Made by a program: the position numbers and the translations under genes
Origin: Daphnia carinata
Lineage: Eukaryota
NCBI RefSeq assembly: GCF_022539665.2
Contig: NC_081332.1
Span: 2,170,001-2,234,000 of the forward strand
Reading direction: 5' to 3'
DNA: 64,000 nt
Shown: positions 1-13,700 of the stretch, in pieces
Position numbering within the stretch: the first letter of the stretch is position 1
How the letters are laid out: the number at the start of each line of letters is the position of its first letter
Notes under the pieces: generated by a model
What the model saw: the letters and a program-made list of their open reading frames with translations, nothing else
Told to the model about the DNA's origin: nothing
The model's database searches: none

Positions 1-358
1 ACAACGTAATAAAAAATTAAACCTGTATGATTGGATTTTATGACCTTTCAAAGCAGCTTTCGCCAAGAGTCGACAGTTTTTTAATACCTGTTTGAGCAGT
101 TTTCTTTCTGAATTTAAAAAAATTTTATTTAATCAAACACAAAAAGACACTTGGATTTTCAAACGTAACACAATGTATAGAAAGAGAGGCGTATGGCTAT
201 CGCACCTGATGCAGCAACAATAACTGGGAAAAATAGTTTCAACATTCTTGTCCACCACCACCATAGGTAAACGAAAACAGCAAATATTATAATGTGCAAT
301 AAATGGACAGTATTAACTTCCAGATATGGAATAGCGAGCAACTTTTGAGAAGCTAGTC

Positions 359-1807
359 TCAAATTTTAGCAGTCTGAGCATGCACGTTCTTGGGTGGAGT
401 ATAGCTGTAGAGGAACACTGAACCCATTACTAGTAATGTACCAAGGGAAAACTGTAGGGTCAAATGAAAATCGAATAGGTAAATGGACAGCACGCATGAC
501 AATATGATTGCCAATGAAGTCGCAAATCCTTTCAGGATGTTGTCTGCAATGAAGAAAATCGTTTTATGCAATGAGGAAGTTGTGAGTATGAGACAATTAG
601 CCATACATACCTGCGTATTTAACGACCATAGCTACCAACAGTCCTCCCGTTGCTTGAAGGGTCACGAGGTACCAAATGAAAGCGTCATACCCGAAAAAGA
701 ATCCTTGCGAACTAATGGTGCTCCAGTCGTAAAGCAAACAGGTGAACAAGCCGAATGGAAGAGACAGAAAGCTTAGCTGGATATTTCGCATCCATACTGA
801 AACATTGGATCCCTATAGCATGGAGAAGGAAACAAAATTATTATGTATCGTAGTAGTATGACTATCTGCAATTCTTTCATGGTGCTCACTTTAAGAATTT
901 TTTCAAAATAGATGCCGGCAAACCCAGACAATACACAGGCGGACAACGCGGCACCGAAGCCAATCCATCGGTGCTGCTCAGGACCAGATGGGACTGTTTT
1001 ATCGGATTTTTCCGGCTCGGTCTGGGCTAATTGAACCTTCGAAATAATTGGTATTAATATACGTTCGTATTTTTGTTAGCCTTCGAATTGAATTTTTAAA
1101 AATGTGACTTTTTCCATACCATAGCAACACCAACAAGCAACACCACCAATGCTATCCACTGAGTAGTTATCAACTGCCGTTTCAATATAGCCACTGTGAA
1201 GAGGGCAGCAGTGAGAATCTTCAATTGATATGTGACCTAAGGAGAAAAAAAAAGTGAGATGGTTTAGATGATTTGTTTTCTACAGGTTGCCTTCTCCCAT
1301 GGTACCTGATATGTGGCTGCATCGAGATGGGATGCGGCAACATATAGTAGATTGTTTTGCACAACATAGACCATTGAAGGTACACAAACTTTCAATGTAT
1401 CAAGAGGTTGTTTGATTATCTGAATGTTTATAGCTTCTTTGAGTTTTATAAGTGAATTTCCTTCCTCATGGTATACAAGCCAAAGGCATGATAATAGCTT
1501 CACAAACTCTGACATCAAGACAGCTAGATTGAAAACAAATAGGATTATAGGTAATTATAATTCTTGTTGATTAGAGGTCAAACCTAAAAAGCAACCTGTG
1601 GATTAAAACATTACCTGTAGAGGAGAGAAACATATCTCCCACCCTTGTCCTGGCATACCGCATGCTCAACCCAAGTGCTGCATTTTGTACAGTCAGGGTA
1701 ACAAGGCTAATGTATTTCATGTTTTCTGCATCTGTAGAAACATCTTAAATACAGACCATCTCATTGCATGAATTTTTCAAATAAGGTACTTTACTTTTTA
1801 GCTCCAT
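359..1807 (-). CDS. SLC35A2: UDP-galactose translocator (SLC35A nucleotide-sugar transporter, Ugalt-like), 7 coding exons
   Basis: Exons ~1807-1795, 1744(or 1731)-1615, 1523-1306, 1236-1120, 1036-890, 812-611, 543-359 with GT-AG introns. They translate to [26 protein letters not shown]...[43 protein letters not shown]...WMRNIQLS...[28 protein letters not shown], typical of SLC35A2/Ugalt. Confidence 0.93.
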
Positions 1808-2410
1808 CGCTGTTGTAGTCTATTACGTGCCTCAAAGGAACGGTTACGCTCTACAGTTAAATTCAAACAACTAAAACAAAGACTTTAAGAAAGGTTCCTT
1901 TTATTGCTTCATATCCACAAAAAAGGTGACGTATACAAATTTACAGAAACTTCACATTTGTAATGAGCTCGTTGCACTTGCAGACGTCCTTTACTGTGCT
2001 CTGTGCCAAGTATATTTTTTTGTGGGGGAAGGCCAGAAAAGACCGCGGGGAGAATAATAACCGATTACCCGAAAAATGGCCAACCAGTTACTATCCGGGT
2101 AGGTACTTTTGAAGCGGTTCGGTTCGAATTGGTTAGCGTTTTTCTATCGCACTGGTTTGACCAACAAAGACCCGGAAGCCGACCCAAAGGCGCATAAGCA
2201 GGAAAATAGTGAACCTGAATTTGAATCCTGTCGGGTAAGTAGGGGCATATACGTACAGTACGAGGAAAGTACGATCTGATCATAACTTCTCTTCAATTCA
2301 AAGACATTTTTTTTCAATACATGAAGTTTTTTATTACTTTAGGAAATTAAAAATGTATTTGCATAAAATCTAGCAATAAAGATAATCCGCAAAAATAGAA
2401 TATAAAATAT

Positions 2411-3094
2411 GGCAATCCGTTTTACCCCTCCCCCCACACAAAAAATATAGGTTTTTCTGTTTGACTGCTTCCGCCATCTAGCGGTCAAATTTCTAGTTAG
2501 TTCTCTACATACACTCACCGAATATTTCTGCTGCATCGCGCTATCATTAAAAATACATTATTCCGATTCGAAATTTATAGCTGATCACGAAAATAGGGTA
2601 TATTTTTATGTTAGGCTTCTACTTTTTTAATTAACCGTAAAAAACAGAAGGCCGGGCTTATTTTGTCGGGCTTAAAATTTTTTTCTATTAAAAAATAATA
2701 TCATTAATCTAGATAACTATAAATGATTCTGATTCAAATTCAACAAAGAACACGAAAATGAAATTTGTTTTTACGTAGAGTTTATGGTTTTTTAATAATC
2801 AAAGAAGTTTGCTGTGTCACGCTAGCGCTGTAGCGTACTGGCGCGTTAGTAATGGTTTCGATTCGCCAATAAACTGACTTTATATTTTATATTACTCCAA
2901 AACTATATGCTCTACGTAAAAACAAATTCCATTTTCGTGTGCCTTGGTTACTTTAAATGAGAATCATGTATAGTTATCGAGATTTAATGATATTATTTTT
3001 TAATAGGAAAGATTTTTAAGTCCGAAAGATAAAGTCGGGCTTATTTTTTAACCCATCTTTTACCGTTCTATACGTTTTATTCAAAAACCATGCC
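2411..3094. mobile_element. Non-autonomous DNA element/MITE-like unit with internal foldback
   Basis: Starts AT|GGCAATCCGTTTTAC (2411) and ends ...AAAAACCATGCC|AT (3094). Internal inverted arms (~2660-2800 vs ~2890-3040) flank CTAGCGCTGTAGCGTACTGGCGCGTTAG. The same internal sequence recurs at ~32.2-33.7 kb. Confidence 0.6.
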
Positions 3095-3307
3095 ATACTT
3101 GTATGGCAATCCGTTTTACATAAAAAAAAAAAAAATGTCGGAAAAAGAAAAAAAAATCGCACTTTTTTCTTTTTTTCCGACACGTAGCCATCTACCGCTC
3201 AAACTCGTTATTACTGGCGTAGGCAATTTCAGTCCATTGGATGCCATTCGCAGTTAGTTAAGTAGCGTGGATGGAGAATAACGCGTGGCTGGAGGAACAA
3301 TTGAAAA

Positions 3308-4590
3308 ATGGATAAGATAATACAACAAAAGGATGGTAAGTATAAACATTATTATATTGGTTTTCAATTATTAATTATTGTTTATTAGATCAAATTATGA
3401 AGCTGCAGGCCCAATTATTGGAACAACACAAAATATTAGATAACAGCAAAGCTAAGGATGGTAAGGCCTAATATGTAATGATTCTATTTATTTGCTTTTA
3501 TTCATTTGTGTTTTGTAGCTCAAATTTTGAGTCTACAAGCTCAGCTAGGGGAAAAGAACCAATTGGAACGGAACAGTTTCCAAACAGTGAAGGAGGTTTT
3601 TCCAAACTCATCCCTAACTGAACATGAGGATGAATTGGCATTAGGGGAACACAGTCAGGTACCTAAACTTTTCAAATAAGAATTCAAAATAAGTATAGAA
3701 TTTTAAAAAACAATTATTTATTGTTTAGTTATTCAGTCCACCACCTGACAGTGTGTTAAATTTAAATTCTGTTAGTGCTGCACTAAAAGAATTGTTAGTA
3801 ATAAGTCCATGCAGCGAAGGAACTGAAGAATTGTAGGACCGTATTTGGGCTGAAAATGGGTGTCGTATGGAAACCCAGAAATAGCACGAGTTCAACATAA
3901 AACATGAATTAGGTACTTTTCGGTTTTTTTGTCTATCGAAAAAGTATTTTTAATGCTATTATTTTGCATTCACAGAATTTTAGTGGGGGATCAAGTCAAG
4001 TCTGGAAGTGTTACAGGATGGAAGAGTGAGCCTACAGTTGAAAAACACTGAAAGTGCATTACCATTAAGGTATGAGCTGCTTCTCTTGCTAAAGAACAAC
4101 TTGTCCTTTAGGCTCAGAGTGTTGGTGAAGCTGGGTACTTAAATGGCCCTAAAGATGTTTCACTTCACTGGCATTGCAGCGATGAACATCATATGTGGAC
4201 TCTTTAGGTATGAAAGGAATTTTCTTGAAAAATTTTTGAATTTATGATGAAGCTTTTCTCCTCGTTTTTGCCAACCATGTCTAATCTACAAAAAAAAAAT
4301 TTATCCAATAGGAAAGGATTTTCAGCATACTGGGAACACAACTATCAACAATGCAACATTCTAGGGGTGCTATTTTATCATTCAAGAGCCTTATACAATG
4401 ATTTTCATCTACAATTTGTATGGCCTTTCCCAAGCTTCTGTCAGAAGTTGAACCTATGAGTCATGTAAGTCACATGAGCAACAATTGAGATGCTTAATGG
4501 TGTTGTTTTTCTTTTCTCAGTGTAGGTTAATAGTAACATTGGATCTGAAAAAATTCTTGGTTGGGGCATGACACTGAATAAATTGTAATG
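3308..4590 (+). pseudogene. Decayed multi-exon gene of unknown function (coiled-coil N-terminus)
   Basis: ATG at 3308 and short GT-AG introns give MDKIIQQKDDQIMKLQAQLLEQHKILDNSKAKDAQILSLQAQLGEKNQLERNSF...LFSPPPDSVLNLNSVSAALKELL. Downstream exons have in-frame stops (~3833, ~3882) and frameshifts. Confidence 0.55.
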
Positions 4591-4656
4591 ATTGGATGGA
4601 TGACATGATATTTCTATACTTCATTCGGATTCCCGAGACGGTATTTTATATTTAAA

Positions 4657-5235
4657 AAATTGAAGTGCATATCTGGGCTCCCTTCCTTTCCGTAGCCCCG
4701 TTTCCCCTTGACTCGTAATAAGCCCGTAGGGGGTCATGCCCCTACTGTACGGTATATATAAAAACAACATATACCGAGGTTTGGAGGGCTCTGGCCGGAA
4801 AGGGGACGTGGGGGTCCGCTTAGTCCGATGATGTGTTCACGGAGGGCGACGTGGCTACCCACAAATCCGAACTAAAGGTTAATCGCTCCAGTAAAAATGT
4901 TCCAAATCTTCAGCTCTTCTTCCGGCTTCTCTTAGCCAATCACCGGGTAATCTCCCCGGTGGGTCAACAAGGCAGTGTCTCCCCCTGCCTGGGTTGACGG
5001 CAACTTTTGAAAGGGCTATTGTGCCTTTTTAAAGTTGCAAAAATAATTGTAATGTGCAGAGAATTGTCAATAAAATTTTTTTTATAAAATATTTTTTGCA
5101 AAATTCGTTTCTCTCATTGTCTGTGTTAGCTGTGTTCACACATTACATTTATCAACTTTTTTTTTGTTATGCTTTATTTGTTTTTGTCACCTTTGATAGT
5201 AAGCATTGTTTCCATTGGTTTATCGTTTATCTGTA
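4657..5235 (+). repeat. Left arm of ~580-bp near-perfect inverted repeat
   Basis: Reverse complement of 5771-6349, with about 8 substitutions counted by eye. The ORF track shows the mirror ORFs 5054..5236(+) and 5770..5952(-). Confidence 0.97.
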
Positions 5236-5250
5236 GGCATTCTATTATTA

Positions 5251-5314
5251 TCCAGGGATCGAACCCTGGATGTTCGGCATACCGCGCCGATGCTCTACCA
5301 ATGAGCCATGAATC
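5251..5314 (-). other. tRNA-like (Pol III A/B box) cassette, degenerate
   Basis: Minus strand reads TGGCTCATTGGTAGAGC-A-TCGGC-GCGGTAT-GCCGA-ACATCCAG-GGTTCGATCC: D-arm/A box, 5-bp anticodon stem with 7-nt loop, and B box. No proper acceptor stem. Confidence 0.65.
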
Positions 5315-5437
5315 ATTTGATATCATTGGCTTTTTTCTAGTCACTTGTGGACTTGCATTTACACTTAGAATAAAACTGAAATACAATTCTGCAATATACT
5401 CTTCTACTCTTACTCTACTTCATTTTTACACATCTAC

Positions 5438-5499
5438 TGAGGTTTGAACCCAGGGTAACAGGTATCGCAGCTAAAGGGTCTACCACAGAGCTATGAACC
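5438..5499 (-). other. tRNA-like (Pol III A/B box) cassette, more degenerate
   Basis: Minus strand reads TAGCTCTGTGGTAGA...CTGGGTTCAAACC, an A box and B box at tRNA-like spacing. Confidence 0.5.
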
Positions 5500-5596
5500 T
5501 CATGAAAGCAAAAGAAAGATAAACATATAGTTGTGAAAGACTGCATAAACATCCTAGACGATAACATATGATATGCGATAATAAAATATTTAGATA

Positions 5597-5666
5597 TATC
5601 TCGTGGCTCAATGTTAGAGCATCGGCGTTGCACGCTGAATGTCTGGGGATCGGTTCCCATACGAGT
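5597..5666 (+). other. tRNA-like cassette (TGC in anticodon position), degenerate
   Basis: TGGCTCAATGTTAGAGCATCGGC-GTTGCAC-GCTGA-ATGTCTGGGGATCGGTTCCCA. Homologous to the 5251-5314 cassette in the opposite orientation; the B box is damaged. Confidence 0.55.
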
Positions 5667-5770
5667 AAAACAAAATACAAAATTACTTCAAAAAATATCC
5701 AGATATTACACGTTGTTCCTTGAATCTAAGTTGAAAATTCAAAGAATGTAATAAATAATAATTGAATACT

Positions 5771-6349
5771 TACAGATAAACGATAAACCAATGGAAACAA
5801 TGCTTGCCATCAAAGGTGACAAAAACAAATAAAGCAAAACAAAAAAAAAGTTGATAAATGTAATGTGTGAACACAGCTAACACAGACAATGAAAGAAACG
5901 AATTTTGCAAAAAATATTTTATAAAAAAAATTTTATTGACAATTCTCTGCACATTACAATTATTTTTGCAACTTTAAAAAGGCACAATAGCCCTTTCAAA
6001 AGTTGCCGTCAACCCAGGCAGGGGGAGACACTGCCTTGTTGACCCACCGGGGAGATTACCCGGTGATTGGCTAAGTGAAGCCGGAAGAAGAGCCGAAGAT
6101 ATGGAACATTTTTACTGGAGCGATTAACCTTTAGTTCGGATTTGTGGGTAGCCACGTCGCCCTCCGTGAACACATCATCGGACTAAGCGGACCCCCACGT
6201 CCCCTTTCCGGCCAGAGCCCTCCAAACCTCGGTATATGTTATTTTTATATATACCGTACAGTAGGGGCATGACCCCCTACGGGCTTATTACGAGTCAAGG
6301 GGAAACGGGGCTACGGAAAGGAAGGGAGCCCAGATATGCACTTCAATTT
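5771..6349 (-). repeat. Right arm of ~580-bp near-perfect inverted repeat
   Basis: Reverse complement of 4657-5235. Confidence 0.97.
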
Positions 6350-6705
6350 ATGAAAAATTTAATACCGTTTTTAAATGAGAATCTGAATGAAGTATGGAAA
6401 TTCTATGTAGTGTATCCAAACATAATAATTTATTCAGGACCTTGCCCCAAACAAGAAACCTTTTCAGATCAAAATTTATTGTTCATCTATAATAAGACAG
6501 TAAAACACCATTAGGTATAAAAACTCTTAATTCATATATATAGTTCATACCTTACAAGATTCATGAGTTGATTGCAAGCATATTCCTCTGTCAGAAGCTT
6601 CGGAAGAGACAATTACAATTTTCGTTTACGCTCACCATGGATGCTGGTAGACTAGACATTTAAAGTTAAGACACTTTGCCCAATTCCAACAGTTTTGATT
6701 CTTAC

Positions 6706-8545
<1,840 letters not shown>

Positions 8546-9327
8546 CTGGACAGAAAAAATGTAGAACAGAATGAAACAAATAAGATTATATAGAGAGGTC
8601 AAGAAGTAAAATCTAGCGAGGACGGACTATCTAGCGAGTAAAGGTAGACAGCAGACTACACGCGTTAAGCCAATCTAAAAATATGCCTGAAAAAAAAAAC
8701 TGTCCGATGAGCCACGGTTTAAGGCGCCTCTTGTGGACGCAAAAGTCATTACGAGAAATTTTATCCGCCACAAACTAAATGTTTTTAAACATTTAAAGTA
8801 CTTATCCAAATGAAAATTTAACTTAAGAAAATTAATATGTTTGAGTAATATAAATACGTTATTGTGTATTATTTTCACATCACAACAACCAATAATGACT
8901 TTATATTACTCAAACATATTATTTATACCTAAAACAAGCAATTATTCTCATTGCTATTAGAATTACATTCATTATAATTGCTGCAGCACAAAATGGAAAG
9001 TTAATAGTTAATAGTAATAATAATGAAGTTAAGTAAGTAGAATATAACAAAATAATTATTGTATAGTTATATTTTGATGAAATAAAGTTACTAATTTAAA
9101 AAATAATATATTTATATGGCTAGAATTCGTAAAGTTGTATTTAGAAAATTAAGTAGGAATCTGGCCGATAGATGGCCATAGCTGTAAAAAAGAAAAAAAA
9201 GGCCGAAATTTTTTTTTTTTTTGGGTAAAACGGATTGCCATATTTTTTATGATATTATAGCCATTGTATTTCAAAGTTGTTTGTTTACTCGAACTCGAAT
9301 CTACATACACCGGCACACGTACTAGAA

Positions 9328-10320
9328 ATGACAAGCTTACTTCGCAAATGTAATACGTTATGCAACCAACTGTTAAAGTAATTAATGTAGATTTTTTTAT
9401 TGTGTATATCTTTCTTTCAACAAGGCTTTGAACATGTAGGGGTTGCACATCTAATGTCTCAGTTATGCCACGGAGATGGCTTAATGATATGGAGAAATCC
9501 ACCATGACTGTTGTGAATGAAGACACAAGTGTGGGACTCCTGATCAATTCCTATAGCCGGGTAAGATTTTTATAAGTAACAACAAGAAAAACTTTCCGTT
9601 AATGCACTCCATCATGAATTTCTCATTTGTTCAAACAGGCAGGCTTCCGACTTAGCAATGGAATGATGGCAATTGGGTATTGATTTATTTTTTTCATCCT
9701 GTGTTTATAAAAAAGCAAGTTTATTATATATTTAGCTGATAAAATGGTTTTGTTTACAGTTATGATTGTGCTACTGAATTGAGATGTCATTAGATTGTTC
9801 CTCTACTAAGGTGTAACTAAAAAAAAATAATTGTACATTTTTTTTTCCGTTTATTCCAACGCATAAACGTGGCGCGAATTAGGCCAATAGCAATATTTCC
9901 AAAATCGGTTCTGAGCTGGAATGTCAACACTGCCGAAGACATCAACGAGGATTCGCTATCGCTATTTTACACGTTGGAGCCAAAAATTGGTAAGATAAAT
10001 ACTTTCACGTTCTCATCACCAAGTTTAGGAATGCATTCTTCCTCCCCTGAAATATAGATATACTTGTGATTGGGGTAGGCAATCCTGGTCAACAAGTAAG
10101 CCCCAAAATAATTCAATACATGAAAGAAAAACACATCAGCCTGGAAATTTCTCCAACTGAAACAGCGTGCGCAACCTACAACTTCCTCAATGCTGAAGGA
10201 CGATGTGTCGCCGGTGCCCTCATTCCTCCAACACAATACCGAATAAATGAGGACGATATCGCTTCAACCAAGAGGAGAAACCGAGAACTGATGAAAGTAA
10301 AGGACTATGAAATCGTCTAA
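9328..10320 (+). CDS. NDUFAF3: NADH dehydrogenase (complex I) assembly factor 3, Mth938-domain protein
   Basis: Spliced reading MTSLLRKCNT|GCTSNVSVMPRRWLNDMEKSTM...LLINSYSR|AGFRLSNGMMAIG|PIAIFPKSVLSWNV...SLSLFYTLEPKI|DILVIGVG...LEISPTETACATYNFLNAEGRCVAGALIPP. Basic, mitochondrial-presequence-like N-terminus. Confidence 0.92.
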
Positions 10321-10766
10321 TAGCTTAAAACCTTTGTAGAACAATTACCAGATATACATAAATCGACAAAATTTTCGATTTTCTCAATTCAGCCTCTCGA
10401 CAAACTGAAAATAATAATGTAGCCGTTAGACACATGGTTTATTGCAAGAAAGCCCTTTAATTACAATCGGACATATTATTATTTTAGAAACAATTCTAGC
10501 AGGGAAGGCTAATTTATTCACAGTACAAGGTAAATGTCATGAACATGCTGTCGCGAGAAAATTTTGTTGCAAAAGGCTCTATAGGGAAAATATTCTGTAC
10601 AGTAAAACAATTTAGCTAGTCGAATTTTAAGGAAGTTAAAAGGCCGCTTTTATAATTACATAACTGTTATTGATCGGTATTGAAGGCCACCTGTCACGTG
10701 AATGATTGCGAAGGCATATTAAAATTAGGTGTACGGCCGACTGAATTGCCCAAAGTTATTGCTTCA

Positions 10767-13700
10767 TCACAGATAATGCTGTTTCTTTCGCGCATACGAA
10801 GTTGCTTCCGACGGGTTCACCATCGTTGCTCCATCTGCAAGGGTAAAAGCAAAAAAAACAAAATATTTTTAGAAAATGGCCCACTGAATTCTGTTCCAAT
10901 CGACTTCTGTTACTCACCTGGTTGCTTTGCAAAGCTAGATTCACGTTCCACTTTCGACTGTGAAGCCGCGACGGCGGGCACTTCTCCTCCGCCATCTTTC
11001 CCGTCACTCAGTTGAGCAAGCTTAGTCTTAAAACTGGCAGCTGTAGCATGAAACTTCCCTAATGCTTTGCTCAACGCTTTGTTTGCTGCGGTGGTGGGTG
11101 AGGAAGAACCGCCAGTGGACGTCCCTCTAGCCGACGAATTTTCAGCGGCCGCCATCACGGCGGCCACGGCGTCAACATCAATACCCGGAAGGGCAGCTGA
11201 CGAAAAGGTCCGCGTCGGAATTGGTGGACCTTTGGGGAATGCAACCATTGTAGGAAGCTGTGATGCACTGGTAACTTGTCGCTTTGATCGAGGAGGTGCT
11301 ACGGGTTGGGGCACCTTGGCTTGGGTGACTTGCTTCACCGGTGGAGGTGCCTTGTATTCTGGCGGCATTCTCCGTTGCACTTGCGGCGATACTTTGATCA
11401 AACTGACCGCGCTGGTTGAAGCGATTGCAGTTACCTCCTTCGACACGGACGGCATCTTGACATAAAATTTGGTTGGATACGGAGGAGGTGGCCGAAACGC
11501 CGGAGCTTTCGGCTCAGCCTTGGTAACGGGCAGCGAGGCTACCGGCTGTGGCTCTGTTTTTGGAGAAATTTTTGTGATCGATATATTAGACGTAGCGGGC
11601 TGTTGGGCCGCATCAGTTGCACTCGGCGAAGACCTACATGGTCCTACTACTGCACTAAAAGAAGACGTGATGGGCGGTGAAGGGGCCGACGGAGTAATTT
11701 TGATTGGAATGGGTGAAATTAGGCCAGGCGATGGGGTATTCAAAATGGAAGAAGGCGCGGGAACGAAGAATTGCGAAGCACTCGGGCTGGTAGGCGAAGG
11801 GACATCTTTTCGGGGCACAGGTAATTGCGGGTTAAGGCGCAAAGGATTGAGCATGGATGGCGAAGAAGGGCTGACTCTTTGAAGGGTAGGCGGTATGGAC
11901 AAAGTAGGCAGAACGAAAGCCTCCGACTTGGCGGTTTCCTCTTTGCTTCGGTTTGCACGTTCCACCAGCTCCTGTAATTCGCTCAATACACGATCGGGAT
12001 GTAAACGCGGGCTCGATGGATTCTCTACGTGAGTCAGAAAGTTGTACGTTGGCATCGGTATGACAACTGGAGACGGTTGTCTCGCTTCGCCATCGGAATG
12101 CGCGTTCTGCAACTCGTTGAGTAACAGCCGAATTTCATCCGATTTTTGAACGAAAACAGAATCTTTCGTCTCCAGACCAGCGGCAGTGTCCGTGTTTTCA
12201 ACAGCTGTTTCAGACGCAGGGACAACGGTGGCGGACTTCTTCGAACTCAGCCAGATAGCTTCGTATTCGTGAATCTTTCTACCGGATCGACTCTTCGCTG
12301 CTTCTTCATCAGCAAATGGCATGGCCTTGTCAAAGCTTTCCAAAACAGCGTAATTCTCTTCACCAGTTTCCCTTCTAAAAAAGCGAGTGTTAACATTTTA
12401 ATCGTCTGTGACTTCAAATTTTGTCCTTCAAAACTTACGACAAAGACGATGCGGATGATTCCTGGTGATCCGGATGTTGCACGACGGCGTTTTTGAAACT
12501 ATGCCTCCTCTCCTTCAACGGTTGGTTCTTGTGTTTCTTCACGTGGGGCGTAGATCTTTGATGTTTCTCTTCAACCGACGGCAACACATCGCTTCCATCG
12601 CCATGCATGAGATACACCTGGCAGTCATGCAGCAGCTGACGTGTATCGCTGTCCAGTTTCGTCGTATTTGCTACTTCCTATTATAATAATAATTAGTTTA
12701 AAAATTACGTGAAATATTTTGAACGCGTTAACCTGGTTGCGTATGAGAACGTTGACGTAAGTCGGCGTTATCTTGTTTTCGATAACGCCGCGATCGAGCG
12801 AGCCGCACGTCGTTGGCGATCCAGAGAACGATGTGGGTTTCGCAAAACGTTGCTCTTTCCCTCGATCCAAACTGCTCGTGGCCAAAGGTAACGACGGTTC
12901 ATAATTGATGCATCGGTCCGGAGTCGGTTTTCGGACATGTTTTGCCGTGCTTTCCGCTACCGATTGATAGAGTTTATCTTTGGAAGATATGTACGTGACA
13001 GATGGTGTCTTGCTGAGGACTACACCACAAGTCGCAGGAACGATAACCTCCCGGGCCGTGGCTGACTCTAGAGGTTGGGCCAACGTAGGTATCTCGCACT
13101 CGTTCGAATCCGATCGAATATCAAAGCCTCTGTACACTTTCATCGATTTGCTTCGTTTCACAGGAAGGGAGGGCTTTTCGTCCGTACTCTTTTCCGCATT
13201 TGGCGCAGAGAGAAGTTGAGATTCTTTATCGGTTGTCAACGGCGAAAACCCATTGACGCCATCCAATTCCGTGCCGAGAGCCACCGTCAGTTTCTTAGAA
13301 GAGTAATATTCACTCCCTTCTTTTTTCGTCTTCTCTGTCGATGGAAGTGGGTTATCATCTTCGAGAGTGCGATAGAATTTAGGACCTTCTCGAAGACGAA
13401 ATGAACTGGCTTTACGGGTGCCTGCAATGTTGGCTTTCTTTTCCGTGCGCGGCTCGGAGTGGGATTTCTCGAAGAATGCACGGATCTTTAATATGCTAGA
13501 CTTCCGCGTCAGACCAGACTTGGGCGAAGCTTTCGGTTTTAAGACTTCTTCTTCCTCTTTTAAACTATCATTGGTAGGGTCCGTGTCGGACGATTTTAGC
13601 AGGGTACGTTCGAGGCTTGTAAGAGGACTCGATTCCTTTGAGCTGCTTTCACTGCTGCCAACACAAACTGTTTTCTTTGCGTCACCGGTAATCGAAACGG

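Noticed and set aside
4940..5030. HDV-like or twister ribozyme in the GC-rich, hairpin-dense part of the inverted-repeat arm (GTCAAC...GTTGAC-GG-CAAC)
   Set aside because: P3/L3 geometry and the catalytic J4/2 strand do not fit the HDV fold, and there is no twister or hammerhead core. Only simple local hairpins are supportable without an Infernal search.
5251..5666. Functional tRNA genes
   Set aside because: Acceptor stems are incomplete, U33 or the T-loop is altered; called tRNA-like only.
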